A stretch of DNA of 64,000 bases from Eledone cirrhosa (lineage: Eukaryota): NCBI GenBank assembly GCA_964016885.1, contig OZ024755.1:16058001-16122000 (forward strand), read 5' to 3'. Positions within the stretch are counted from its first letter, which is position 1. Every line of letters begins with the position of its first letter. The notes beneath the pieces were generated by a model. It was not told the DNA's origin. It searched no databases and saw only the letters and a program-made list of their open reading frames with translations. The position numbers and the translations under genes were made by a program. Below, one piece after another: positions 49,619 through 62,397 of the stretch.

Positions 49619-50689
49619 CCCTCATCCTGTAATATCAAGTGTTAACTTAATATAGTCCTTCCATATACTGTACCGATTGTGTTGTTATTTCTGTTTACCT
49701 TTTACCACACTGTAAATGTGGTTGGTGTTAGGAAGGGCATCCAGCCGTAGAAAACCTGCCAGATAGTCCTATATGAGCGAGACACGGTCACCCGATCAAC
49801 CTTGCCTCAAGTAGGACAACTCCCGTCTAACCCATGCTAGCGTGGAAGATAGGCGTTAAACGATGATGATGATATACACATATACATCTTTATATCTATG
49901 TTTATATATCTCATCTATCTTTATATTCATTTTATCTTTTATTTGTTGTTGTTTTTTATTGTTTCACATTTAAAACAAAACCAAAAAAATCTATCTCCAT
50001 TATTATTTAATTATTTATTTATTTATTTTACTCTTTCCCTCTCTGTTACCTTCAAGAAGTTAATTGAATAAAGAAAGGCAAAAGAATGTGGATCAAAAAA
50101 TAAACATTTATTAACACACACACCCCACCCCTTAACAGAAAGGAATCAGGTGTGGGGAGGTGTGGATGGGGGAAGTGTTTGACCTTGTTTGGAATAATAA
50201 GTGTCGGATTTGTTTTGAATTATGAATGGAAGGAATTGCAGGTGAAAAATGATTGATGGGTGACCTATTTATTCTGTGGAATTGATATTGACGTTAAGTG
50301 TAGGAGGGGGGGGTTATGTCATTAGTAGTGTGGAGGAAGGTTCTCTTTGGTGGTGATGGTGGTGGTAGTGGTGTAGATAATGGTGTGATAATGTTGGTGT
50401 TGGTTATTGTGGTGGTAGTGGTGATGGTGGGGACAGTGATGAGATAGTGATGGAGAAAGTAGTGGTGGTGGCAATGATGATGGTAGTGGTAGTAGTGATG
50501 GAAGTGGAAGGGATGATTCTAGAACAGTATTCTCCAACCCCCCTCACACACTCTCTGTTTCCCCACGACTTTAGCCAAGAATTCTAAGTGTACTCCAATC
50601 AACAGCAGCTCACACCACCTTCCACCTTCATTCAAATTTTCTAATAAATATCATGTTTTGTATACATACACACATTAATATATATATAT

Positions 50690-50810
50690 ATAAGTTGAAA
50701 AAAAAATGAAAACGAAATTTCATTTCTCACTCTTAGTATGGCACTTACTTAAATGTATGTATGTATGTATACGTACATACATATATGTATACAGATGTAC
50801 AGTAGCATGC

Positions 50811-50863
<53 letters not shown>

Positions 50864-51315
50864 TACACATATGCATACAGGTACACATACATATATGCAC
50901 GCATCAGTTTAGCCGACGTTTATTATAACGCCTGCTTTGTTCGTTTGTTTGTCAACAAATCGAACAGCCTGAATTTATGCCATACGGTGTTAAGGCAACC
51001 ACGTCACCTTTTTGTTCAACACTGACACAGGAACGATGTACTAGTTTCAAGCTTGTTAGCTATCATCAGCACCGTTTACCCATCTGCCAGATAGTTGAAC
51101 GTTCGAAAGTATATACTTTCCTTATGAAAATTAACGGCTGAGCAGCCTAATTTGCATATTGAGTGAGTTAAATCGGTCAGGCATACCGAAAACGATAAGT
51201 TGAAAAAAAATGAAAACGAAATTTCATTTCTCACTCTTAGTATGGCACTTACTTAAATGTAAGTATGTATGTATACGTACATACATATATGTATACAGAC
51301 GTACAGTAGCATGCA
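50690..51315 (-). mobile_element. Retrozyme-like or Penelope-like partial tandem unit (505-bp period) with a hammerhead
   Basis: Direct repeats 50690-50811 and 51195-51315 flank a unique segment holding the intact hammerhead at 51032-51076. Confidence 0.65.
51032..51076 (-). ncRNA. Type I hammerhead ribozyme, intact core
   Basis: Minus strand: aacggtg CTGATGA T AGCT aaca AGCT T GAA ACTAGT A catcgtt. Stem I is 7 bp (one G.U) and stem III is palindromic. Confidence 0.85.
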
Positions 51316-51879
51316 GCCGGTCCTGTCAAAAGCAGCTGTCTCCAATTGATCCAGCTGGATCCCCAAGCGTGACCAGCCAAGCTCATGGATGTTATCCAAC
51401 CATCTTACTCAGGGTCTACCTCTGTCTCTTGTCAGTTGGTTTTGCCCATAAAATCTGTCCAGCTACACTTTCCTGGTACATTCTAACCACATGTCCGTAG
51501 TATCAGAGCTGTGATCTCTCAATTCAGAGAAGTAGCAGTTCTATCTGGAGCAACTCTCTGATTTCTGAGCTACACACTCTATCAAACCTGTATTGTAGCA
51601 GCTTACAATATGATAAATGGTAACACATAATTGTTTCATAATCTGTAAGGTGGTAGTGCTAGTGTCACAATAAAATGTACTGAGCCCACTCTGTAATTGA
51701 TAGTGCTAGTGTCAAAATAAAATGTACCAAGCCCATTCTGTAAAGTGGTTGTGTTGGTGCCACAATAAAGTGCATCCAGCCCACCTTAAAAAGTGGTAGT
51801 ATTAGTGCTATAATAAAATACACCTAAATCACTCTATAAAGTGATAGTGCTGGTGCCATGATAAAATCCCACTGTATAA

Positions 51880-52292
51880 AATAATAATGAAATTATTGTG
51901 TAAAGTGCTCAGGTGCTCAGGTGTAAAGTGCAAAGGTATATGTATAGTACATAGAATAATATACAAACGTCAGGGAAGTGAATAGTGTATGAGTCATGAT
52001 ATGCATGTGTGTATGTGTATGGAGGGGGAACATTAGGTGTAGTGTTGGCAAATCTCAGGAAGCATGGAGGTTTTAAAGGATGCAGTGTCTTGACAGCTAA
52101 CAACTGATGCAGGTAGTTTGTTCCATGCTTCAGCAACTCTGAGTGTGAAAAAATGTTTCTGAAAGTCATGGGTACTGTGTTGTTTTCTGACTTTGTGGGC
52201 ATGTCCACGTGTGTTAAACATATGGAAATCAAAAAGGTACTCAGGGTTGTTGTTGGCAAGATGGTTAACAATTTTGTGGATGTTTACCAAGT
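51880..52292 (-). mobile_element. CR1/L2-type LINE 3' end
   Basis: NTRGHAHKV..FFTLRVAEAWNKLPASVV..SFK, followed by a 3' UTR and (att)n tail. Confidence 0.85.
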
Positions 52293-52839
52293 GGTTATGC
52301 AGATGCCATAATAAATGCACCCAGTGCATGCTGTGTAAAGTCATGGGCATTTGGAAGGGCATCCGGTTATAGAAACCATGCTAAAAAAATGGAATGTGTG
52401 AGCAGGATGTAGTCATTTGCCCTGTCTAGTCTGAGAACATGGCAACCAATCGAACACACGGCAGGATAGAAAACGGATGTAAAAGAATGATGATGATATA
52501 TCTCTTTCATTTTTTTTTTATTGTGATCCTCACCTTATTATAATAATGTTATTGTAATTTGATTGTATGTATTTTGTTTGTTTGTTTATTTGTCTCATTA
52601 GTCAGTTACACCTTTCTAAGCTCACCTGTACTATTTCCTCACAGATACCTGAAGAGACTGGCATCTATATTGATGATGTACTCTGTAAAGGTGATGCTGT
52701 AGGTGTATCATATATATATATATATACACACAAATATGTACATATATGCATACCTATATATATACATACATATAGATGTAAATACATACATTCGTGTGTA
52801 GATATATTCATACATAGATACATTCATACATTTCTCTTG

Positions 52840-55615
52840 AAGTTGCGAACTTAATGATGATTTATTTAATTATTATAAAATGGAAAAAAAACAATCCCTC
52901 CATTGGCTATATGAACAGAATGAAGCTTCACTGGGACCAAATACACCCAGAGCTAAATCATTTCACAGCGAAATAATTACTCCAACAAGCGACGTTTGTT
53001 GAATGTAAAAATAAGATAAATATTATTAATTGTAAGTCCCCCACAACAAACATGGAATCAACAACACGTGCTACAGGTCGCCATGCTACTAGACTTCCTA
53101 GCAGCCAGGTCGAACAGTGCCTTGAAACAACTATGCCTGTAAGAAACTTGACACCATGTGTCAAGTTTCTTACAGGCATAGTCTACCTTGAATGCTGGGG
53201 AAAACACTATCGATAATAATAATAATCGAAGAAATTTGACACCATTGACCTCTACCAACAAGTTCTTAAGGGAGATACACTTATACCAGAATGGTTGACA
53301 TTAGCACAAACATTACTGGTCTCCAAGAACAAAGTCACCCACTTGGCAAAAAACTACCGACCCATTGCATGCCAGAACCTGATGTATAAGATGTATACAG
53401 CCTGCCTGAACCTATTCCTCCAAGATCACTGTGAAAATAATAACATCATCACAGATGAACAAGCAGCTGGAAAGAAAGGGGTTTGGAGATGTGCTGAACA
53501 ACTCGGTGCGACAACTTAGGAGGAATATGGCTACATTCTGGCTGGACTACAGGAAAGCTTTCGATTCTGTTCCTTACTCTTGGATGATAGAGGCCCTCCA
53601 ACTTGCTAAAGTCCCAGACATTATTATCAGAGTCATAGAGAAGCTGTCTTCTTCTTGGGCTACTATCCTAAAGTTAAAGACAGAGAAGGAGGACTCTATT
53701 TTCACTGATAAAATAAAATATTGCAGGGGTATATTTCAGGGGGACAGTCTCTCTGTGATATTATTCATCCTGTCATTAAACCCCTTGTCCTTTCTGCTCA
53801 AGAAATGTGAAGGATACATCATTGGCTCACAGGAGGACAGAAATATGAACCTAACCCATAATTTCTTTGTGGATGATCTGAAACTCTATGCCAAGAACAT
53901 GGATGGGATGAAGAAAAATCTTGGCCTGGTTACAACGTTCTTAAAGGATATAGGAATGGAGTTTGGCCAAGATAAATGCTCATATAAGACTGTAAAGCAG
54001 GGGAAAAGATGAACCCAATCTAGCAACATTGTCATCAATGGTCTAACTGTTTCACCGATATCTGATGAGGACTGCTACAGATACCTGGGGATAGATGAGA
54101 ACATATCCTATAATGGTATCTGTAATAAGGAACGCGTAACCAGGGAATACTATACCCGATTAAGAAAGATATGGTCATTGGAACTCTCTGTGCAAAACAA
54201 AACAATGGCTCAGTGTGCCTGTCCTAACACCAACGTTTGGAATACTCAATTGGACGATAGACGAAATCCGAGCAGTTGATGTTAGAACTCAAAAAATACT
54301 AAACAACACCGGAAACTTCCACATCAACAGTGACATAGACCGCCTTTACTTGAAATGTAAGCAGGAAGCAGAGGCCTAACATCAGTCCAGACAGCATTTG
54401 AATGTCGCATCACATCTCTCCGACAACATCTACGAACCTCGAAGCGTTGGAGCCCGTCTCTCGAGCAAGTCTATCTGCATGAAACAGATAAGATCATGAG
54501 AGTTGGGAAAGAACTCCTCGAGAGGTATCCCTGTGTGATAATCAAAAACTCACACCCAGGGAAGTCGCTCAGCAGTATCGCAGTGAATCCATGGATGAAA
54601 AACTGCATGCTTATCAGCAAAAAATCATGCATGGATATGTTGCCAGGAAGCTCCATAGTGAGAGTAATATAGATAAGGAAAGTAGTCTATCTTGGACCAA
54701 CAACCGCTATATTGGCTCCCACTTTGAAGGATACGCTTTTGCAATCCAAGAACAGGAAATTAACACGAAATACCTGATTCACAAAAGAGATTGGGATGCA
54801 GGCAAAACACCTAGATGTGATAACAAGTGCAGACTCTGCAGAATTAACATCGAAGATGTCACCCATGTCATCAGCAGCTGTCCAAAGATGTCATTGCGGT
54901 ACTATCTACCTATGAGGCATGATGTAGTGGCCAAAACACTGTACAATGCAATCTGTAGAAAAGATAGTCGCGATAATAAACACATTAAAAGCTACAGCAA
55001 TGTGGAAGACATCCATATACATAATATGAAAGAGTACTGGTGGAATGTTCCAGTAAAAACCCCAATTAAATGCAGGCATAACAGACCAGATATTATGATA
55101 TCGGACAGGGAGAAGAAAGCATGCACAGTAGTGGAAGTTAGCTGACCAGCAGATGCCAATATAATATTAAAGATTAGCGAAAACGAGAATATTTATGCAG
55201 ATCTGATTACACCTTCAGATTTATGCCTGTGATTATTGGGGCATTGGGTTATGTTAGTAACTGCCTCAATATAAATCTTGAGAAGCTAGGCTTCACAGGA
55301 ACAGAAAGAACACAACTAGTTAGGAAATTACAAGTATAATCCATTAATGGAACAATAAAAATATGTAAAACATTCCAAAAATGTTGCATCTAATAACTGC
55401 ATATACACATGTACAGATACAAAGCACATACACATGCACACATACAACTCAAAACATACACATCCACACATACAATAACGTTCCATATCTACACATGCAG
55501 ACATGCATACATATCTACCTAGTTGATGTTGTGTAAATTCCAATGAGAGAGTCTTGTGTCTATGTTAGAAACCGACTCTCTATTGGTAAAAATTTGTGAA
55601 ATTATAAAACCAGAA
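52840..55615 (+). mobile_element. R4/Dong-clade (restriction-like endonuclease) non-LTR retrotransposon, degraded
   Basis: KNYRPIACQN, WLDYRKAFDSVP, GIFQGDSLS and FVDDLKLYA in the RT. CCHC knuckle CRLC..HVISSC, then RHD and HNRPDIM (PD-(D/E)xK nuclease). It ends at (CATA)n. Confidence 0.88.
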
Positions 55616-55661
55616 CATACATACATACATACATACATACATACATACATACATACATACA

Positions 55662-56600
55662 GGAGAGATTCGCAATAAAGCCTGATATAAATCTCTCCCC
55701 CAGAGAAATCGGAAGATCCTATTCAATGTTCAAACAAGAAGAAAAAATTGACCAATTTACAGAAAAAGTTGTGCATGGATACTTGAGACGTAAAACACAG
55801 ACCATAGAGGGGATAAACCACTCAAAAAGTCTGGCATGGAGTTCCGACAAGTTTATGACATCACACCTTGAGGGATATCTCTATGCAATACAAGAACAAC
55901 AACTCCCTACCAAATATCTGCTGCACAAAAGAGGAGGGCCATCAGCTGACAATAAATGTAGGCTATGTAAAACAAAGATCGAAGATGTAAGCCACATAGT
56001 TGCCAGCTGCGAAAGAATATCATCTCACTACTACCTCCCCATGAGACACGATGGGATAGCTAGAACCATCTGGAACACACTTCAGAAAACAAAATTAAAA
56101 ACAAACGAGGAAGAAAATATTAAGACAGATGGCACTAAAGAATACTGGTGGAACCTGAAAATAAAAACTGCCACCAAATTAAAGCACAACCGGCCTGATA
56201 TTGTTGTTTGGGACCACACATTGAAAACATGTTCTGTTGTGGAGATCAGCTGCCCACTTGATGTAAACGTCAGAAAAATACAGGAGGAGGAGGACATCTA
56301 CGGACCATTGATGAGGAGTTTACAAATCCAGTATGCAAGATATACCTTTAGCTTCATACCCATCATTATTGGAGCTACGGGTTATATACCAATTCGCTTG
56401 GACCAATGTATAACTGAACTTGGATTTGCGGACAAAAAGCGCAGCTCCCTAATTCATAGTCTACAAATCCTGCAATAGCTGGCACCTTCAAAATTTGCAA
56501 AAATTCTTGCGATTCAAGGGATGACAATTTCTTTTCTTTTACAACCTTGCCACCAGGAAGGTGGCCGGTCAAAAATATACTCGAAATTAAGAGAAAGAGA
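55662..56600 (+). mobile_element. Second, divergent R4/Dong-clade element, 5'-truncated (250-aa zinc knuckle plus RLE ORF at 55726-56478)
   Basis: CRLCKTKIEDVSHIVASC, MRHDGIA, HNRPDIVVWD, VVEISCP and PIIIGATG. It starts right after (CATA)n. Confidence 0.88.
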
Positions 56601-57150
56601 TAATACATAGATCCATACATATATACATATATACATAGATACATACATGAGTACATACATGCATATGTACATACATGTCTACATACAATACATATATAAT
56701 ACCCACACAAACTGTGTGTGTATCCGGGTTTAGAACAGGTTTTCTATATCGTTATGTGTTGTAAGAGGCGACAAAAGGAGTTGTCTATAAGAAGGGCATC
56801 TCTTTATAAAGGATCCCATGATAAATATGATGCCTATCATGGGTCTACAAAGGTAACCCCTGTTTTAATTGGGGAAAATGGCCTTAAAATGCTTATTTGT
56901 TATATGCATATATATATAATCATCATCGTTTAATGTCCACTTTCCACACTAGCATGGGTTAGATGGGTTGTCCCATTTAAGGCAAGTTGGATCAGGTGAC
57001 TGTCTTGCTCATATAGAACTGGCTAGATTTCTACAGCTGGATGCCATTCCTAACGTCAACCACGTTTACAGTACACACATATATATATATTTGTTAACAA
57101 GGAAAATGGTTATTAAATGATGTCAATGACATATAAATATATATATATGG

Positions 57151-57278
57151 AGTTTAATATAGAAATGGCTCCTACAGAACTAGAACTATTTCATTCAAAA
57201 GAAATCATCGGGAAAGCTTTCCTGATGATTTTGAATGAAACAGTTCTAGTTCTGTAGAAGCCATTTCTATATTAAACT
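57151..57278. repeat. Spacerless palindrome with hammerhead and tail at 57279-57350
   Basis: Centre ggaaag|ctttcc at 57216/57217. Confidence 0.9.
57218..57260 (+). ncRNA. Type I hammerhead motif in the right arm of a palindrome
   Basis: tttc CTGATGA ttttgaat GAA ACAG ttctagtt CTGT A gaag. The opposite arm and the 62281 copy show a longer stem II (ttc-cttc-gaat). Confidence 0.6.
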
Positions 57279-57744
57279 TGATGTTTACACTCTACTGTAT
57301 CGTATACCTTACTAACTGTGGTTACCTCTGATTGAACCTGGGGTTGACGTGTGTGTGTGTGTGTGTATGTAAATATATGTATGTATCATCATCTCCATTT
57401 AATGTCTATTTTTCCACACTTGCATGGGTTAGATGGGTTATCACATTATAAGTTAAGTCCGGAGGCCATGTCTTGCTCATATGGATCTGTATTTTCGCTT
57501 GGTTTCTAAAACTGGATGCCCTTCCTAACACCAACCACATTCCAGTGTGGGCTATGTGCCTTTTCTCGTGGCACGAAAACGACCATCTAACAGGGTGGAC
57601 TGGGTGCTTATTCTTGTGTCACCAACATGACTACCTTACAGGATGGATACCATATAGGGTAGACTTAAGTGCTTTTTTGTTGTGGCAATGGCATTGTGGA
57701 AGATCAAATCTGTATGTATATATTTGTATATGAGTGTATATGTA

Positions 57745-57812
<68 letters not shown>

Positions 57813-57904
57813 TGTGTGTGTGTATATATATATATAAAATCATCGTTGTATATGTAAATATATGTGTATGTATATACATTTATGTGTGTGTATATATATA
57901 TAAT

Positions 57905-58237
57905 GGAGGCACATGGCTTAGTGGTTAGAGCATTGGCCTTGCAATCGAAAGGTTGTGAGTTCAATTCTCAGGCCGGGTGATGTGTTGTTTCCTTGAGCAA
58001 GACACTTTATTTCACATTGCTCCAGTTTACTCAGCTGTAGAAATGAGATGATAGGGACATATCATTCCACTGCAAAGTGGTCGTGGAGGTGCCACGGCAA
58101 AAAAACACCCAGCACTCACTGTAAATGAGGTTAGTGTTAGGAAGGGCATCCAGCTGTAGAAATCCAGCCAGAATCAGTTCCCGTCCCACCCTTGCAAGCA
58201 GGGAAAAAGCGGACGTAAAATGAAATGATGATGATGA
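57905..58237 (+). mobile_element. SINE family B copy (longer variant)
   Basis: Near-identical to 13512-13796 plus about 45 bp of extra internal sequence. Confidence 0.9.
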
Positions 58238-58244
58238 AGATATA

Positions 58245-58275
<31 letters not shown>

Positions 58276-58346
58276 CTGTATATATATATATATATATACT
58301 GTATATATATATATATATATATACTGTATATATATATATATATATA

Positions 58347-58384
<38 letters not shown>

Positions 58385-58569
58385 TGTATATATATATATA
58401 TATAATGAGAAAGAGGGAAGGGAAAAGGAGACAGCAAGAAAGGAAGAGGGAGCGAAAGAGAGAGTGGTGTGGGGTTGGGTGAGTGGTGGGTTGAAGAGAG
58501 CAATTCTACAAGATATACACCATCCCTGCACACATAGTTGCATTTCTTCACTTACCTCATGAATTCTAG

Positions 58570-58625
58570 GTTGAAGAAGATAGGAAAATCAGCATCTGAC
58601 ATAAAACTTAACTTGTTGAAATCAG
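58570..58625 (+). CDS. Weak candidate exon (LKKIGKSASDIKLNLLKS)
   Basis: ttctag acceptor and AG|gttagt donor around an open frame. No homology recognised. Confidence 0.25.
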
Positions 58626-59004
58626 GTTAGTTTCTTTCTCTCTCTCTGTTTTTCTTTCACCCTTTCCTTTTTTGTGATTTTCTTTCTTTGTTTTTCTCTT
58701 TTTTTCACTCTCTTTTTTGTCTTTCTGTGTGTCCCTCCCTCTCTTTCTTATTTCTTACTTTGTATTTTTCTCTCACTTTCTTTCTCTTTGTTTTTTTCTC
58801 TTTTTCTCTTCCTTTATCTCTTTCTTTCTTTTTTTTTCCTTTAATATTAAATCCTCAAAACTTTTCATCCTTTTGTTATTTTACCGGTTTCAGTCATTGG
58901 ACTGTGGCCATGCTAGATCTTTGCTTACAATCATGGCGCCATGAGCCAATCATATCAACACCTAACTACAAATCATAGCTTTAGTTATTACAGTTATGTT
59001 CTTG

Positions 59005-59435
59005 ACATAAAGTGACGCAACACTTTATAATGATAAACACACTCACACATATAAACACACTCTCACATTAAGTGACACAACACAACACATCAGTTTATAA
59101 TGATAAACATACTCACACACAAAAACACACTCACATAAAGTGACGCAACACAATATATCACTTTATAATGATAAACACATACTCACACATATAAACACAC
59201 TCACATAAAGTGACGCAACACAATATATCACTTTATAATGATAAACACATACTCACACATATAAACACACTCTCACATAAAGTGACGCAACACAACACAT
59301 CAGTTTATATTGATAAACATACACACTCACACGCACTCACATGAAGTGACACAACACATCACTTTATACTGACATGCACACACGCACTCTCTCTCACACA
59401 TATAAACACACTCTCACAAAAAGTGACACAACACA
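59005..59435. repeat. ~65-bp minisatellite
   Basis: Unit acataaagtgacgcaacacaatatatcactttataatgataaacacatactcacacatataaacacactc, about 6-7 copies. Confidence 0.85.
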
Positions 59436-59591
59436 GTGGAATTGAACCCTGAACCATGTAGTTGTAAAGCAAACTTTCTAATTATGCATCTATATCTTTG
59501 CTTATCTCTCTCTATATCTACCTATCTATCTCTCAATTTATCTTTCTATCAACCTGCCTATGTATATATCTATTTACCTATCTTTCTATTC

Positions 59592-59728
<137 letters not shown>

Positions 59729-59738
59729 CACCATGATA

Positions 59739-59855
59739 TTATAAATAAAGACGTACCCATGAAGATTCAACCTTATCGGTCAGAAATTCGCTGGACTATC
59801 CAGCGAATTTCTGACCGATAAGGTTGAATCTTCATGGGTACGTCTTTATTTATAA
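59739..59855. repeat. Perfect inverted repeat (57-bp arms, 3-nt loop) just upstream of a hammerhead
   Basis: Arms 59739-59795 and 59799-59855. Confidence 0.93.
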
Positions 59856-59869
59856 AACAAACTTTGTAT

Positions 59870-59938
59870 TTTATTTTATCTGATGAAAGCGCACCAAGGT
59901 TGGCTTGGTTGCCCTTGAAATATATATAATAAAATAAA
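59870..59938 (+). ncRNA. Type I hammerhead ribozyme, intact core
   Basis: Stem I tttattttat/ataaaataaa (10 bp). CTGATGA at 59880-86. Stem II AAG.GCA.CCAAG-gttgg-CTTGG.TGC.CTT. GAAA at 59917-20. Palindromic stem III ATATATAT. Predicted cleavage after A59928. Confidence 0.85.
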
Positions 59939-60065
59939 TATGGTTTTATAAATATAGTTTCCATTTATTTAATATCATGGAATATTTACTCCAGTAACTT
60001 GTTGAGTGCTCTAAATCAGTTATAAACATGTTTGTCGGAATTCCAACAAATTAAATACAACTTCT

Positions 60066-60112
<47 letters not shown>

Positions 60113-60509
60113 TACACATACATATGTATATCATCATCATCATTTTTATGGGGGTTTTTCCCCCACATGGGTTGTACATGTATGTATGTGTGCGTATCAT
60201 AATCTTCAATATATTGGTTGGTCTGATGTCATGTTTGACATCTTAGAGAGAGCAAAAAAAGAAGGGGAGAGTAAAAGGGAGTACAGAGTGAAGGAGGAGT
60301 ATACATACTGACCATAGTGGCAGGTAAACAGTGAGAGAGATAGAGACAAAGAATGATGCTGGAGACCACATACACACACACACGCGTTATATCGGTTTTT
60401 CTTTTTGGTGGGGGGGGGGGGGGGGGGTGTTTGTATATGTTTTTATTAATAAAAAATATATACAAACACACACAGTATACAGCTCACAAAAACAAGATGG
60501 TGTAGGATA

Positions 60510-60858
60510 GAACCGACTCCAGTATTTTACTGGTACTATATTTTATTGATTTCGGAAAGATTAAAGGCAAAGTTGACCTCAGTGGGATTTGAACTCAATG
60601 TAAAGAATCATAATGAAATACTGCAATGCATTTCATCCTATGCACAAATGATTTTTCCAATAGTGATAGTGATGATAATTGTTTCTACTTTTGGCACAAG
60701 GCCAGCAATTACCCAGTGCATTACTGGTACTTTATTTTATCTACCCCGTAAGGATGAAAGGCAAAGTTAACCTCGGCGAGATTTGAACACAGAATGGCAA
60801 GGGCCGTAACTCTATGCGTCAAAGCATGGTGTCCGACCCTCTACCGATACTGCCAATG
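60510..60858 (-). mobile_element. Two SINE family A copies
   Basis: Reverse complement of the family A core. Confidence 0.8.
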
Positions 60859-62280
60859 ATGATAATGAGTCCTGAAGTTTACAACTTTCAATTTTATAAC
60901 CAAATTTGTAAATCACATGGTCATTTGTAGCTTGCTTACATACTTGTAGTTTGTTGTTGATGAAGCGTGATGGTGGGGATTTTGTTGTTTTGTTATGGCT
61001 GTGGTAAGGAGGGGAAGGTGAAGACTGTATTTTATTTATTTACTAATGTTTATTCAGTGTAGTTAATACAAAACATTGTGAGATATTGGTCTTTTAATAT
61101 TTATTTATTTGTCAATTATTTAACTCTTTTGTGCAATTACATGCCGTCTGTTATGTATGTATGTATGAACCTGTAACTCCTGATGGAGTTGTAGGGCACT
61201 GTAGTGACATATGGCATTTCTTGGACTTTCTTTTTAACCCTACAAGTCTGAATACTTAGGTGAGGCAGCAAGCCCAACTTCACACCACCAGTCTTTGTTT
61301 CTCATCAAGGTTTGTAGGCCATCCTTGTCAATTCCAGTGTCTTTTGCTATGCTATGGTTCTGAGACTTGGTCCTTTCACTCCCGACTACAGAGCTATTTC
61401 GAAGGATGTTACATCACCCTTGTGCAAAAGGTTCAAAATATTCCTTGGCAGACCTATCCCATGCTTAATCAGATATACAGAAAAATTCCAAAAGCAAGTG
61501 CGTGACTGATTGAATGTCATACAAGGTTTGCTGGTCACTGCTTTCTCACAAATAATGATATGGTTTCAGACCTCTTGTTGTGGAAGATCTCTTCTGCCAG
61601 AAAGCTCAGATACCAGGATACCATTATATGTAAAGCCAGTATGTATTCAGACATTTTTAAGTTGCATTCACTAGGGCTAAGAAATTAAGTGATGTTTTTG
61701 TTGGGGTTGTTACTACCAATAAGAAAGGAAAAAAAACTATCACTAAAAAACATGGATGTTATCTAACCATCTTGCTCGGGGTCTACCCTTTGGTCTCCTA
61801 CTGGTTGGTTTCTTTTATTCCAATAAAATCTCTCCAGTTATTCTTTCCTGAGACATTCCAACCCCATGTCTGTATTATCAGTGCTGTGATCTCTCAATTT
61901 GGAGTGACTCTCTGATCTCCAAGCTACACACTTGATTTTTACACCTACCTCCCTTCTTCTAATGACTGAATACTGAAGCTAATGCATTACTGCACCAGCC
62001 CCTGCAATTCTTGCACATAATTTAAATTTATCATATTAAAACAATCTTATGACCCAGACTTTGAGGGAACTTCAGATAAGATTCAAAACCAAAAATGAAA
62101 TTCAATAAGAAAAAAGTTAGCTAAATTCAGTCTTGTATGTATTGTTGTTTATGATAAACTGTGTGGCTATGATAGTCTCAATTTTTGTTTTCTTAGCTAA
62201 ACATAGCTCTTCTCTTTTTATTTGTAATTTTATGTTGACGGTTATGCCTTAATAAATATATATATACACACACACTCAAA

Positions 62281-62397
62281 TACAAGATTTAATATAGAAA
62301 TGGCTTCTACAGGACTAGAACTGATTCATTCGAAGGAATGATGATCGAATGAAACAGTTCTAGTCCTGTAGAAGCCATTTCTATATTAAATTTTGTA
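62281..62397. repeat. Palindrome of the same family as 57151-57278, with a tail to ~62460
   Basis: tttaatatagaaatggcttctacaggactagaactg / cagttctagtcctgtagaagccatttctatattaaa. Confidence 0.9.

Noticed and set aside
52655-52700. Exon-like segment IPEETGIYIDDVLCK, or a hammerhead 5' half (CTGAAGAG)
   Set aside because: The donor is weak and not phase-linked to the other candidates, and there is no GAAA half. It cannot be called either way.
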